From assembly GCA_965207885.1 (NCBI GenBank), contig OZ242311.1, positions 4,224,001 to 4,288,000 of the forward strand: a stretch of DNA of 64,000 nt, written 5' to 3'. The stretch comes from Candidatus Latescibacterota bacterium (GTDB taxonomy: Bacteria; Latescibacterota; UBA2968). Under the pieces are notes generated by a model, which worked only from the letters and a program-made list of their open reading frames with translations, did not search any database and was not told where the DNA came from. The position numbers and the translations under genes were made by a program. This document shows positions 19,655 through 30,197 of the stretch, piece by piece. Each line of letters opens with the position of its first letter. Position 1 is the stretch's first letter.

Positions 19655-19681
19655 AGGGTTGGGAGGCTCCAATCTTGACTC
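19655..19681 (+). repeat. Right direct repeat containing the lysS SD and TTG start
   Basis: AGGGTTGGGAGGCTCCAATCTTGACTC. Confidence 0.8.
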
Positions 19682-21219
19682 GGATTGTGGGACAAACGCC
19701 AGAATCACAATTGATCAAACAGCGAGAGGACAAACTCGACGCCATTCGGGCTTTGGGTTTTGAGCCTTATCCGTATCGCTTTGAGCCCACGCATCATTCT
19801 GTAGATATTGTCGCGTCTTTTGATGCGCTGAGTACATCGGGTGCCGAAGTCCGAGTTGCCGGTCGATTGATTGTTACGCGAGGTCATGGCAAAGCGGCCT
19901 TTGCCGATTTGCGGGATGCCAAGGGCCGCCTTCAAATTTATGTACGGCTCGACAATGTTGGCGATGATGCTTTCGCGCTGTGGAAGTTACTGGATATCGG
20001 TGATTTTATCGGCGTATCTGGCCCAGTTTTCAAGACGCGCACAGGTCAAATATCCGTTCAAGTTCAAACGCTCGTGTTGTTGACCAAAGCCATTCGTCCG
20101 CTGCCCGTTCCAAAAGAAGAATTACGCGATGGCGAGCGCGTTGTACACGATCAATTTAGTGACAAAGAACTGCGATATCGCCGTCGTTATCTGGACCTGG
20201 CACTCAACCCCGATGTGCAGGCGGTATTTCGCAAGCGTAGCGCGGTCGTATCTGCAATTCGTGAATTTTTAGATGCACGCGGTTTTCTCGAAGTCGAAAC
20301 ACCGGTGTTGCAGCCGCTCTACGGCGGAGCTTCGGCCCGTCCTTTTTTTACACGTCACAATGCCCTGAATATGCCTCTGTACCTCCGGATATCCGATGAG
20401 TTGTATCTCAAGCGTTTGATCGTGGGTGGGCTTGAGCGGGTGTATGAAATCGGCAAAAATTTTCGCAATGAAGGCATTGATCGAACTCATAACCCCGAGT
20501 TTTCGATGCTCGAATTGTATCAGGCATATGCAGACTATTTTGACATGATGGCGATCGCCGAGGCACTCTACGCCTTTGTGGCTGAAAAGGTAAACGGTGC
20601 AACAACACTCGAATATCAGGGTCGAGAAATTGATCTTACCCCCCCCTGGCCGCGCATTCCCATGCTCGAAGCCATAAAAAAATACGGCGGTATTGATGTG
20701 GCGCGCGCCTCTGATGCCGACCTGTGTGCTGCCTGCAAGCGTTTTGATTCCGATATCGAACCGAAGACAGAACGCGGCTTGTTGATCAATGCGTTGTTCG
20801 AGGCGTGTGTCGAGCCTGAATTGATTCAACCGACCTTTATTATTGACTATCCCAAAGCCATTTCTCCCCTGGCTAAAAGCCACCGAAACCAAAAATGTCT
20901 CCAAGAAGACCTTACCGAGCGGTTTGAATTTTTTATCAATGGCTGGGAAGCGGGCAATGCGTTTTCCGAACTGAACGATCCGAAAGAACAGCGGAAAAGG
21001 TTCCTATATCAAGAAGTATTGCGTGACCAAGGCGACGATGAGGCTCAGGTGCTCGATGATGATTTTTTGATAGCCCTGGAACACGGGATGCCCCCGACGG
21101 GTGGGTTGGGCATTGGTGTTGATCGAATGGTGATGTTGCTCGCAGACGCGCCTTCGATTCGAGACGCAATTCTGTTTCCGCACATGCGCCCTAAAGAGGG
21201 CCTTGAAGACCATGGATGA
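19675..21219 (+). CDS. lysS: Lysine--tRNA ligase class II
   Basis: RYRRRYLDL, EVETP, GGASARPF, FRNEG, HNPEF, GMPPTGGLGIGVDR. Confidence 0.98.
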   Translation: MTRIVGQTPESQLIKQREDKLDAIRALGFEPYPYRFEPTHHSVDIVASFDALSTSGAEVRVAGRLIVTRGHGKAAFADLRDAKGRLQIYVRLDNVGDDAFALWKLLDIGDFIGVSGPVFKTRTGQISVQVQTLVLLTKAIRPLPVPKEELRDGERVVHDQFSDKELRYRRRYLDLALNPDVQAVFRKRSAVVSAIREFLDARGFLEVETPVLQPLYGGASARPFFTRHNALNMPLYLRISDELYLKRLIVGGLERVYEIGKNFRNEGIDRTHNPEFSMLELYQAYADYFDMMAIAEALYAFVAEKVNGATTLEYQGREIDLTPPWPRIPMLEAIKKYGGIDVARASDADLCAACKRFDSDIEPKTERGLLINALFEACVEPELIQPTFIIDYPKAISPLAKSHRNQKCLQEDLTERFEFFINGWEAGNAFSELNDPKEQRKRFLYQEVLRDQGDDEAQVLDDDFLIALEHGMPPTGGLGIGVDRMVMLLADAPSIRDAILFPHMRPKEGLEDHG

Positions 21220-21886
21220 GTTGCTGCGCGCAACAGGGGTTTGCAAACACTATGTATTGGGGGATACCCATATCGAAGTACTAAAAGGGGTTGACCTCGG
21301 GGTTGTTCGCGGCGAAATTGTTGCAGTGGTTGGTGCTTCGGGTGTCGGAAAGAGTACTTTGTTACACATTATGGGCGGGTTAGACCATCCGGCTTCGGGG
21401 ACGGTTGTCATCGATGGCGTCGATATATTTGCCCTTTCAGATACTGATCGCGCCAAATTTCGCAATCGACAGATTGGGTTTGTTTTTCAGTTTCACCACT
21501 TGTTGCGCGATTTTACTGCGCTTGAAAATGTGATGATGCCCCTGATGATTGCCGGTGATTCGCACGATAAAGCACGAGTACCCGCACAAAAATTACTCTG
21601 TGATGTCGGTCTGGAAAAGCGGCTTGCACATTTGCCTTCCGAACTTTCTGGTGGGGAAGCCCAGCGCGTTGCTGTTGCGAGGGCACTGGTGACACAACCC
21701 GCTATTGTTCTGGCCGACGAACCTTCTGGCAATCTCGATAGGGCGCGCAGTGCACAGCTTCACGCATTAATTTGGGAACTTGCCAGAACCCGGCACCAAA
21801 CGTGCATTATTGTAACACACGACCAGCATCTGGCTGCTCGCGCTGATCGGGTGGTCGAGATGGAAGACGGTCGTCTCATTGTTTAA
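21212..21886 (+). CDS. lolD: Lipoprotein-releasing ABC ATPase LolD
   Basis: GASGVGKST, GFVFQFHHLL, LSGGE, ADEPSGNLD. Confidence 0.85.
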   Translation: MDELLRATGVCKHYVLGDTHIEVLKGVDLGVVRGEIVAVVGASGVGKSTLLHIMGGLDHPASGTVVIDGVDIFALSDTDRAKFRNRQIGFVFQFHHLLRDFTALENVMMPLMIAGDSHDKARVPAQKLLCDVGLEKRLAHLPSELSGGEAQRVAVARALVTQPAIVLADEPSGNLDRARSAQLHALIWELARTRHQTCIIVTHDQHLAARADRVVEMEDGRLIV

Positions 21887-21909
21887 ATAAAAAGGCGTGT
21901 GAAACAGTG

Positions 21910-21938
21910 TTGAGTTTTCCTTTATAAACTGTTATACT
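21910..21938 (+). promoter_or_regulatory. Sigma70-type promoter of clpC
   Basis: TTGAGT-17-TATACT with extended -10 TG. Confidence 0.55.
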
Positions 21939-21988
21939 GGAATCAAACACGCTTCGCCAGATTTCTCGTTAGGCGAGAGGAGTATTCA

Positions 21989-24592
21989 ATGCAGAACAGT
22001 ATGTTTTCGGACCAGGTGAAGCAGGTCATGCAACTCGCTCGCGAAGAAGCAGCGCGTCTGGGACACAATTACATCGGCACCGAGCATTTGCTGCTGGGCA
22101 TCATACGCGGGGGCAAAAGTACAGCTATCCAGGTCCTGACAAATCTGAACTTAAATCTCGAAAGGATCAAGCAATCCATCGACGATTTTGTCGCTTCTTC
22201 TGGTAGTTCAATGACGATGGGTGAAGTGCCTTTTACACCCCGCGCAAAACAGATTCTCGAAATTGCTGCCAATGAAGCCAAAGAAATGAAGAGCCGAGTC
22301 GTGAGAACCAGCCATCTGCTGTTGGCACTGTTGAAAGATAAAGACGGGGTTGCCGCACAGATTTTGGTCACATTCGGCGTAGATCACAGAACCGCCAAGG
22401 AGGAGGTGATTGCCGTTTTGCAGGGAAAAACTTCGGGTGGTAAACGCGAAAAAAGAAAAAGCAAAACGCCTTTCCTCGATCATTTCGGACGCGATTTAAC
22501 CGATCTGGCGCGGCAGGGCAAACTCGATCCAACCATTGGTCGCGATCGCGAAATCGAACGGGTGTCACAGATACTTGCCAGACGCAAAAAGAACAACCCT
22601 GTACTTGTGGGCGAACCCGGCGTGGGTAAAACGCAGATCATCGAGGGATTGGCACAGCGCATTGTAGAACGGCGGGTCCCACAAATTTTGCTGGACAAGC
22701 GCGTAGTTACGCTCGATATGGGCGGGATTGTCGCTGGCACAAAATACCGCGGGCAGTTTGAAGAGCGCCTGAAAGCTGTGATGAATGAACTTCAGCAAAG
22801 CCAGAATGTGATTATTTTTATCGATGAGTTGCACACTATTGTCGGTGCCGGTAGTGCCGAGGGTACGCTGGATGCATCCAATATGTTTAAGCCCTCACTT
22901 TCCCGCGGCGAATTGCAGTGCATTGGCGCAACGACCTTAGATGAATATCGAAAATATATTGAAAAGGACGGCGCGCTCGAGCGGCGGTTCCAGACGATAG
23001 TAGTCGATGCCCCTTCAGTGGGTGAGACCATTGAAATTCTCAAGGGCCTAAAAGACAGTTATGAGGCACATCACAAAGTATCGTTTTTACCTGACGCTAT
23101 CGAAGCAGCAGCTCAAATGGCCGACCGCTATATCAGTGATCGCCACTTGCCCGACAAGGCCATTGATGTGATTGATGAAACGGGAGCGCGGGTGCGATTG
23201 TCTCGCCTCAATCCCCCCGAAGAGATCAAAGAAATCGAGATGGCCATTAGTGAGATTACGCGAAAAAAGGATATGGCTGCCGAAAATCAGCAATTTGAAG
23301 AGGCGGCAAGGTTGCGCGATCGCGAGAGAGAACTCAAAAACGAACTCGAAAATATGCGCCAGGCGTGGGAAGTACAGGTGACAGATGACGTTGTCGAAGT
23401 AACAGAAGAACACATTGCCGAAGTGATTTCGAGCATGACGGGTATTCCCGTGTTTCGGCTGGCACAGGCCGAATCCGAAAGACTGATCAACATGGCGTCT
23501 GAGTTGCAAAAGCGGGTGATTGGGCAAGAGGAAGCGGTTTCTACGGTATGTCGCTCCATTCGGCGCACGCGTGCGGGTCTCAAAGATCCCAATCGCCCAA
23601 TCGGCACGTTTTTGTTCTTGGGCCCCACGGGTATTGGCAAAACGTATTTGGCGCAAGCACTGGCGCAGTATCTGTTTGACGATGAAGATGCACTCGTAAC
23701 CGTAGATATGTCGGAATATATGGAAAAATTCGCGGTATCTCGGCTCGTTGGTGCGCCACCGGGTTATGTGGGATACGATGAGGGCGGACAGCTAACGGAA
23801 AAAGTGCGCCGGCGTCCCTACTCGGTGGTTTTGCTCGATGAAATTGAAAAAGCCCATCCCGATGTATTCAATATCCTCTTACAGGTGTTGGATGAAGGGC
23901 GTTTGACAGATAGCTTTGGGCGCAAGGTAAATTTCAAAAATACCATTTTGATTATGACATCCAATCTGGGAACCAAAGATCTGCAGAATGCAGGTGGTTT
24001 GGGATTTGGCCGGTCAGACAAAAAATCAATCCGCGAAAAAATGGAAGAGCGAATCAACGAAGAGGTTAAAAAGACATTTAACCCCGAGTTTATCAACCGC
24101 CTGGATGAAACAGTGATCTTCAATCCGCTGGATCGAAAGGAAATTATTCAGATTGTCGATATTGAGCTTGAAAAAATTCTCGCTCGTGTTGCAGAACGCG
24201 ATATCGACGTGCGTCTCACACAGGGGGCCAAGAGTTTGATCGCCGAAAAGGGCTATGATCCGACGTATGGCGCGCGGCATCTGCGGCGCACCATTCAAAA
24301 GATGATTGAAGATCCCCTGGCCGAAGAGATCATTATGGGTCACTTTGCCGATGGCTGCAAGGTTCGGGTGAGCAAAAAAGGCGATACGCTCAGCTTTGAG
24401 GGAGATTCTATTGCAAAAGAAGAATCGAAAGAAGAATCGGAAGACACGACCGAAATTCAGATGAGTAAAAAAGATAGTAATCTCAACACGGCTGATGAGA
24501 GCGGAGAGGGTAATCTCGATGAAAAAGTTGGAGATCAGGACAAATCGGGAGATCCTGTCGGAGAAGAAGTAGTGAACAAGGACAAAGCATGA
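21989..24592 (+). CDS. clpC: ATP-dependent Clp protease ATPase ClpC
   Basis: Clp-N repeats, [11 protein letters not shown] middle domain (FEEAARLRD), [12 protein letters not shown] loop. Confidence 0.95.
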   Translation: MQNSMFSDQVKQVMQLAREEAARLGHNYIGTEHLLLGIIRGGKSTAIQVLTNLNLNLERIKQSIDDFVASSGSSMTMGEVPFTPRAKQILEIAANEAKEMKSRVVRTSHLLLALLKDKDGVAAQILVTFGVDHRTAKEEVIAVLQGKTSGGKREKRKSKTPFLDHFGRDLTDLARQGKLDPTIGRDREIERVSQILARRKKNNPVLVGEPGVGKTQIIEGLAQRIVERRVPQILLDKRVVTLDMGGIVAGTKYRGQFEERLKAVMNELQQSQNVIIFIDELHTIVGAGSAEGTLDASNMFKPSLSRGELQCIGATTLDEYRKYIEKDGALERRFQTIVVDAPSVGETIEILKGLKDSYEAHHKVSFLPDAIEAAAQMADRYISDRHLPDKAIDVIDETGARVRLSRLNPPEEIKEIEMAISEITRKKDMAAENQQFEEAARLRDRERELKNELENMRQAWEVQVTDDVVEVTEEHIAEVISSMTGIPVFRLAQAESERLINMASELQKRVIGQEEAVSTVCRSIRRTRAGLKDPNRPIGTFLFLGPTGIGKTYLAQALAQYLFDDEDALVTVDMSEYMEKFAVSRLVGAPPGYVGYDEGGQLTEKVRRRPYSVVLLDEIEKAHPDVFNILLQVLDEGRLTDSFGRKVNFKNTILIMTSNLGTKDLQNAGGLGFGRSDKKSIREKMEERINEEVKKTFNPEFINRLDETVIFNPLDRKEIIQIVDIELEKILARVAERDIDVRLTQGAKSLIAEKGYDPTYGARHLRRTIQKMIEDPLAEEIIMGHFADGCKVRVSKKGDTLSFEGDSIAKEESKEESEDTTEIQMSKKDSNLNTADESGEGNLDEKVGDQDKSGDPVGEEVVNKDKA

Positions 24593-24615
24593 TCGTGAAG
24601 GTGCGGTCAATACCC

Positions 24616-24645
24616 AAACGGCCCGGGCATTAGTCCGGGCTGTTT
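24616..24645 (+). terminator. Probable intrinsic terminator after clpC
   Basis: AAACGGCCCGG...CCGGGCTGTTT hairpin. Confidence 0.55.
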
Positions 24646-24656
24646 GTCGTACAGTC

Positions 24657-24682
24657 GGAACATTTTCCTCTGCTGGGCGTTT
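24657..24682 (+). promoter_or_regulatory. ECF (sigmaE-type) promoter upstream of bamA
   Basis: GGAAC-N16-CGTTT. Confidence 0.5.
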
Positions 24683-24797
24683 GAGGCTTACAAAATAAAG
24701 CGCGAATAGACGAACCCCACCTCAACCACCCAAAACCACTACAAGCTCAAATTCGTTGATTCGTTTTATGTGGTTTTTCAAATAGGTACTGCGCAAC

Positions 24798-27092
24798 GTG
24801 AAAAAAATTTTTATACACAGTTTTTTTCTCTTCATTGTACTATTGAGCGGGCGCACGGGCGCACAAGAAGGCCCGGTGATTCAAGAGATCCGCATTCGAG
24901 GCAATGATTGGGTCGAGACTTCTTTTATTGAATCTCAAAGCGGTTTATTCAAAGGGCAGAATCTGGCGGAAGGCGAAGCCGCACGGGTAATTCGCAATCT
25001 CTACAAAAGCGGTCTGTTTTCCGACATCAAAATTTCTATAGATCGAGTGCCAGACGGTGTAGCCGTTATTATTGATTTGAAAGCCGTACCGCGTTTGGGA
25101 GAGGTGGTTTTTAAGGGCAATCGCGCAATAAAGGACAAGACACTAAAACGCGAATTGGAATTGACTAAAGGCCAGTTGATACAGTCGCGAGAAAAAAAGA
25201 GAGCGGTCAATAAACTGGTCGCGCTCTATCGGGAAAAAGGCTATTTGCTCGCCTCAGTGGATGTGAAGGAAGAGGAGGTTGATGAAGATGGGCGACTGCC
25301 ACTGACCTTTGAAATGCACGAAGGCGAAAAAGTCAATTTGAAAAAAATCCGTTTTCACGGCAATACGGCATTGACCGGAAAACAACTGCGCAAGCAGATG
25401 AAAGAAACCAAACAAGACGGCTGGTGGTTTGGAGGAGGCAAATACAGCGAGGAAACCTATCCCGACGATAGAGAACTGGTTTTGGCCTTTTACCGACAAA
25501 ACGGATATCGGGAAGCGGCAATAGTATCCGATAGTTTGTCCTATGGCCCTGTGAAAAAAAATATGTATCTCGATATCACCATCGAAGAAGGGCCACTTTA
25601 TCGCTTTGGTGCAGTGAGTTGGTCGGGCAATGAAAAAATCACAGATGCGGGTTTTTCTCACTTTATTGTGGTCGATTCAGGCGCGGTTTACAACGAGGAG
25701 CGCGTCTTAAAATCGCGAGAGCAGTTGCAAAATGCCTATATGGACATCGGGCATATAGGCTCGCAGATTTTCCCGCAACAAAAACCCATTGAAGGTCACG
25801 TCGTCAATGTGCATTTTGACGTGGTCGAAAAAGATCCGTGGACAATTCGCAAAATTTTGATTACGGGCAATACCAAAACCAAAGATCGCGTGATTCGACG
25901 CGAGTTGCGCGTGCGCCCGGGCGATACGTTTAGCCGCGCGCTTTTGGAGCGCAGCGTGCGCGAAGTCATGCAACTCAACTTTTTTACCAATGTTTTGCCA
26001 GAGCCTATCGCCGTAGAAGAAACATCAGAGATCGACCTCGAGTTCACCATAGAAGAAAAGTCAACAGGCACGGCGTCTATCGGGGCCGGATATAGCGAAC
26101 GCGACAAGCTGATTGGCACCATTGGATTGCAAATTCCCAATTTTAGAGGCAATGGACAACAACTCGATTTCCAGTGGGAGTTTGGATCGCGCCGCGAAAC
26201 CTTTAGCATAGGGTTTACCGAACCGTGGTTCCGCAATACCCCCACGAGTATATCTGCGTCGCTATTCCGAAGCACCATACGACTGTCAACTTATGGTGTG
26301 GCTGACTTTGATCAGCGCACAGAAGGCGGTGCATTTCGCCTCGGACGCAGGCTGCGCTGGCCCGATTATTCACGCATTTCCGGAGGATATCGCCTCGAGA
26401 AGGTTGCTTTTATCAATTTTTCCGACACTACAGATGTAAGCAATCCCTTTTACCAGGACAATATAACCAGCAGCATCAGTGCAAACTTAACCCGCGACAG
26501 CCGCGATTTGCCGATCTTTCCCACATCGGGCAGCGTGATCTCTTATTCGCCAGCACTCGCCGGTGGATTTTTGGGCGGTAATAGAGATTTTCACAAGCAC
26601 GATATTGTCACGAGTTTTTACTTTCCCATATTCTGGCGGTTGGCCTTAAATGTGCGGTCGCAATTGGGCTTTGTCGCCAGTTATGGCACCGAGCGCGTCC
26701 CGTACCAGGAATTGTATCTGCCGGGCGGCGTTGATATTTTTGAAGGCACCATGTTGCGCGGTTATCCCGACCGCTCAATCGGTCCTCGCAATATTGGGGG
26801 AGAGCCGATTGGGGGTGTCGCGCAGTTGTTGTTTAACGCAGAGATCAGCATTCCCATTGTGCCCAATCAATTTTATGGTCTCATTTTTGCCGATGCGGGC
26901 AATGCCTGGGAAAATCTGGATCGGATCAGCCTGACGGATATGCGTCGGTCGGCTGGTTTTGGCATTCGGATTGTAGCACCTGTGGTGGGTATTATGGGAT
27001 TTGATTTTGCATGGGGATTTGACCGTCGGCGTGTCGATGGTCAGTCCGTACAGATGATGACGCATTTCCAATTCGGCCCGCAATTTTATTAG
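24798..27092 (+). CDS. bamA: Outer membrane protein assembly factor BamA
   Basis: POTRA repeats (GNTKTKDRVIRRELR), LRGY loop, DAGNAW, C-terminal aromatic residue. Confidence 0.95.
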   Translation: MKKIFIHSFFLFIVLLSGRTGAQEGPVIQEIRIRGNDWVETSFIESQSGLFKGQNLAEGEAARVIRNLYKSGLFSDIKISIDRVPDGVAVIIDLKAVPRLGEVVFKGNRAIKDKTLKRELELTKGQLIQSREKKRAVNKLVALYREKGYLLASVDVKEEEVDEDGRLPLTFEMHEGEKVNLKKIRFHGNTALTGKQLRKQMKETKQDGWWFGGGKYSEETYPDDRELVLAFYRQNGYREAAIVSDSLSYGPVKKNMYLDITIEEGPLYRFGAVSWSGNEKITDAGFSHFIVVDSGAVYNEERVLKSREQLQNAYMDIGHIGSQIFPQQKPIEGHVVNVHFDVVEKDPWTIRKILITGNTKTKDRVIRRELRVRPGDTFSRALLERSVREVMQLNFFTNVLPEPIAVEETSEIDLEFTIEEKSTGTASIGAGYSERDKLIGTIGLQIPNFRGNGQQLDFQWEFGSRRETFSIGFTEPWFRNTPTSISASLFRSTIRLSTYGVADFDQRTEGGAFRLGRRLRWPDYSRISGGYRLEKVAFINFSDTTDVSNPFYQDNITSSISANLTRDSRDLPIFPTSGSVISYSPALAGGFLGGNRDFHKHDIVTSFYFPIFWRLALNVRSQLGFVASYGTERVPYQELYLPGGVDIFEGTMLRGYPDRSIGPRNIGGEPIGGVAQLLFNAEISIPIVPNQFYGLIFADAGNAWENLDRISLTDMRRSAGFGIRIVAPVVGIMGFDFAWGFDRRRVDGQSVQMMTHFQFGPQFY

Positions 27093-27163
27093 CGGTCAGA
27101 CTCCTCCTGTACCCATGGATGGCGAGGGAGGGCCAAAAGCACTATTCACGGAGGGAATTTTTG

Positions 27164-27712
27164 ATGACACGCTGTCGCCTACTTTATGTCGCGCTATCTC
27201 TGGCACTAACTGGAATAGCCAGTACTGCCGGCGCGGAGCTAAAGCTGGGGTATATTGATTCGCAGAAAATTTTGGATCAATACAAGCCCTATCAAGATGC
27301 TCTAAGGGAATTTAACCGTTATGAAGAAGAACTCCAGCGCGAGATCAGCACCATGCAAAACGATCTGGCCAAAATGCAGGATACCTATGAACGCCAATCT
27401 CTGCTTTTGAGTGACAAACGCAAACAAGAAGAGCAGCAGGCCATTTTGAAAAAACAGCAGGAACTACAGCGGTTTGTGCAAGACGCTACCTCTCCGCAAG
27501 GCCGTCTCGCGCGCAAAACCGCGGAATTATCCGAACCCATTATTCAAACGGTGAATGCAGTTATTAAACAAGTGGCAGAAGACGAAGATTTTGATTTTGT
27601 GCTCAATTCGACTGCGCTGGCCTATGCGAAAGAGGCACACGATTTGACCGACAAGGTCCTCGAAGCACTGGCCAAAGATCTCGAGGCCAGGGCAAAAACC
27701 GAGGGACCATAG
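27164..27712 (+). CDS. skp: OmpH/Skp periplasmic chaperone
   Basis: Signal peptide, KLGYIDSQKIL, coiled coil, DLTDKVL. Confidence 0.9.
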   Translation: MTRCRLLYVALSLALTGIASTAGAELKLGYIDSQKILDQYKPYQDALREFNRYEEELQREISTMQNDLAKMQDTYERQSLLLSDKRKQEEQQAILKKQQELQRFVQDATSPQGRLARKTAELSEPIIQTVNAVIKQVAEDEDFDFVLNSTALAYAKEAHDLTDKVLEALAKDLEARAKTEGP

Positions 27713-27792
27713 CAGATCATCTATATACGTTATTTTTTTTCAAAGTCTCTGATTTACTCCGCGGGGTGATCGGAGACTTTTTAATGTGAACA

Positions 27793-28242
27793 TTGGAGAA
27801 TGCCGTGACTCTGGACATTAGAGATATTGAAAAAATTCTTCCGCATCGTTATCCTTTTCTCCTAATAGATCGCGTAACCGAGTTGGTCCCCGGCGAGCGG
27901 CTGGTCGCGTACAAAAATGTGTCGGCTAATGAGCCGTTTTTCCAGGGGCATTTTCCCGGCAACCCAGTGATGCCGGGCGTGCTCATTATCGAAGCACTGG
28001 CTCAGGCCGCTGCAATATTGATGAGTGATGGACAGGAGAGCGATTTGATCCCATTGTTTATGGGCATTGACAAGGCGCGTTTCCGAAGGCAAGTTGTGCC
28101 CGGAGATCAACTCCAGCTAAAAGTCGAAGCAGGACAAAAACGCCGCAATGTGTGCAAAGGGGTTGGCGAAGCCACAGTGGATGGCGAAGTCGCCGCACGG
28201 GCCGAATTGATGGCGATGTTTGCAAAACGCGAGGATCTGTAG
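27793..28242 (+). CDS. fabZ: 3-hydroxyacyl-ACP dehydratase
   Basis: [31 protein letters not shown]. Confidence 0.97.
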   Translation: MENAVTLDIRDIEKILPHRYPFLLIDRVTELVPGERLVAYKNVSANEPFFQGHFPGNPVMPGVLIIEALAQAAAILMSDGQESDLIPLFMGIDKARFRRQVVPGDQLQLKVEAGQKRRNVCKGVGEATVDGEVAARAELMAMFAKREDL

Positions 28243-28267
28243 CACGAACGCGCATTGGCTTAATAAT

Positions 28268-28313
28268 AAACCAAAAAACTCGGCCTTTAATGTGACGCCG
28301 AGTTTTTTGGTTT
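28268..28313. terminator. Bidirectional intrinsic terminator
   Basis: 17-bp perfect inverted repeat AAACCAAAAAACTCGGC/GCCGAGTTTTTTGGTTT. Confidence 0.85.
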
Positions 28314-28325
28314 ACCGCACACCTC

Positions 28326-30197
28326 TCATTTTTTTCTTTCCAAAACTTCCCATTCCTCAAATAAGCGCTCCATTTCCTTTTGGATCTCTTCCTTTTCTCG
28401 CGCCAGTTCCTTCAGACGATGCCAGTCGGTGGCGAGGTCTTCCCGCGCCATTTCTGCAACTATCTGATCGGTCTGGTCCTCGAGTATTGCAATCGCTTCT
28501 TCTATTTCGGCTAAGCGGCGTTCCCGTCTTTGCTGCTGCCGCATTGCGCGCTTGCGATTTTCATAGTCGGTTTGCGTTTTGGACGCAGTCTGCACGGTCG
28601 GTATTTCTACACCCTGCATCTGGCGCTGATAAGCATCGTAATTGCCATCTACCAGTTGCCACTTTCCTTCGCCAAGCACAATCAGGCGATTGACCAGACG
28701 GTTGAGAAAATACCTGTCGTGTGAAACCGCGATCACCGTTCCTGAAAAAGCATCAAGCGCGTTTTCGAGCACATGGCAGGAGGCCATATCCAGATGGTTG
28801 GTGGGTTCGTCGAGCACCAGCAGATTGAGGGGTGCGCGCATGAGCTTGGCCAGGGCAACGCGACTTTGTTCTCCCCCACTGAGCGAACCCGTCTCACGCT
28901 CCACATCGTCTCCCGAAAAGAGAAACGCACCCAGAAAATTTCTAATCTCAACTTCTGGAACATTGGGCGTAAGTGACCAGATTTCTTCGAGAACGCTCAA
29001 ATTGGGATTCAGGTCCTGACGGGTTTGCGCGTAATAACCGATCTCGAGACCTTTGCCCGGGATAATGCGTCCCGCGTCCGGTGCGAGTTGTTCCATAAAA
29101 ATTTTCAAAAGTACGGATTTGCCCGAACCATTGGGACCTATAATGCCCAGGCGCTCGCCTCTCCACAACGTGAGATTGAGATCGAAAAATAGAGGGCAGT
29201 TAGGATATCCTTTGGTGAGATTCTCAACCTGTAAGACGCGATCTCCTCCCCGTGTGGTGGTGTTAAATCTGAGCACAATATCGCGTTGTTCCACAACGCG
29301 TTCTACGCGGTCGAGTTTTTCGAGTGCTCGGCGTCGGCTCTGTGCCTGTTTGGTCTTTTGTCCGGCGATATTTCGGCGGATATACTCTTCGGTTCGCTCG
29401 ATATGCGCTCGCTGCGCTCGATAGGCTTTTTGCTGCTGCGCCCGGCGTTGTTCTTTTTCCTCAATATAGAAGGAATAGGTTCCCGAATATTGTTCGACCA
29501 CACCGCGTTCCAGATCTACAATTTTGGTCACAGTGCGCTCGAGAAAAGTTCTGTCGTGAGAAATTATGACAAAAGCTTTGGCATAATCCGAAAGAAAGTA
29601 CTCGAGCCATTCTATAGCTTGTAGGTCGAGGTGGTTAGTGGGTTCGTCCAGAAGCAACAGATCGGGTTCTCTTGCGAGCAATTGGGCAAAGGCCAGGCGA
29701 TTTTTCTGCCCGCCACTGAGCACTCGAGTTGGCAATTTCAGGTCGATTTCGCAAAAACCAAGACCAAACAGAATGGCTTTGGCACTGGCTTCTGTCGCAT
29801 ACCCTCCCATGTGCTCATACTGGTCGCGGAGATGCCCATAATCATTGAGCACAGCATCGGAATTTTCACCTTCAGCCATAATTTTTTCCAGGTCATGGAG
29901 GCGATGTTGCAGAGCCAGAATATCGGCAAAAGCATCGAGTGCCGCATCCATGACCGTAAGCTCTGGATCAAATATGGGTTCCTGTGTCAGAAATTCAATA
30001 TTGACACCGCGCTGTCTGTGAATTTGCCCGTGGTCGGGCAGGCTTTCTTCGGTTATGAGCCGAAGCAACGTGGTCTTACCGCACCCATTGGGCCCGACAA
30101 GCCCGATGCGGTCCCCTGGATCAATTTGCCAATGAATACCAGTGAGCACATCGTGCGCGCCGAAGGATTTCCAGATATCTTCGAGTTGAATAATCAC
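28326..30197 (-). CDS. ABC-F family ATPase (Uup/YdiF-like)
   Basis: Two ABC cassettes (GPNGCGKT, GPNGSGKS, LSGG, DEPTNHLD), no TM segment, C-terminal coiled coil. Confidence 0.92.
   Translation of the reverse strand: MIIQLEDIWKSFGAHDVLTGIHWQIDPGDRIGLVGPNGCGKTTLLRLITEESLPDHGQIHRQRGVNIEFLTQEPIFDPELTVMDAALDAFADILALQHRLHDLEKIMAEGENSDAVLNDYGHLRDQYEHMGGYATEASAKAILFGLGFCEIDLKLPTRVLSGGQKNRLAFAQLLAREPDLLLLDEPTNHLDLQAIEWLEYFLSDYAKAFVIISHDRTFLERTVTKIVDLERGVVEQYSGTYSFYIEEKEQRRAQQQKAYRAQRAHIERTEEYIRRNIAGQKTKQAQSRRRALEKLDRVERVVEQRDIVLRFNTTTRGGDRVLQVENLTKGYPNCPLFFDLNLTLWRGERLGIIGPNGSGKSVLLKIFMEQLAPDAGRIIPGKGLEIGYYAQTRQDLNPNLSVLEEIWSLTPNVPEVEIRNFLGAFLFSGDDVERETGSLSGGEQSRVALAKLMRAPLNLLVLDEPTNHLDMASCHVLENALDAFSGTVIAVSHDRYFLNRLVNRLIVLGEGKWQLVDGNYDAYQRQMQGVEIPTVQTASKTQTDYENRKRAMRQQQRRERRLAEIEEAIAILEDQTDQIVAEMAREDLATDWHRLKELAREKEEIQKEMERLFEEWEVLERKK

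Larger units (their letters stand above)
16701..19681. mobile_element. AT-rich accessory island between prfB and lysS, no mobility gene
   Basis: Compositional shift, flanking direct repeats, interrupts the usual prfB-lysS adjacency. Confidence 0.65.

Noticed and set aside
19630-19657. dif-like sequence TTTTCATACAA TGTAAA TATGTTATAGG next to the right island repeat
   Set aside because: The XerD arm is one base out of register relative to TTATGTTAAAT and the left boundary has no matching arm; it may be chance in AT-rich DNA.
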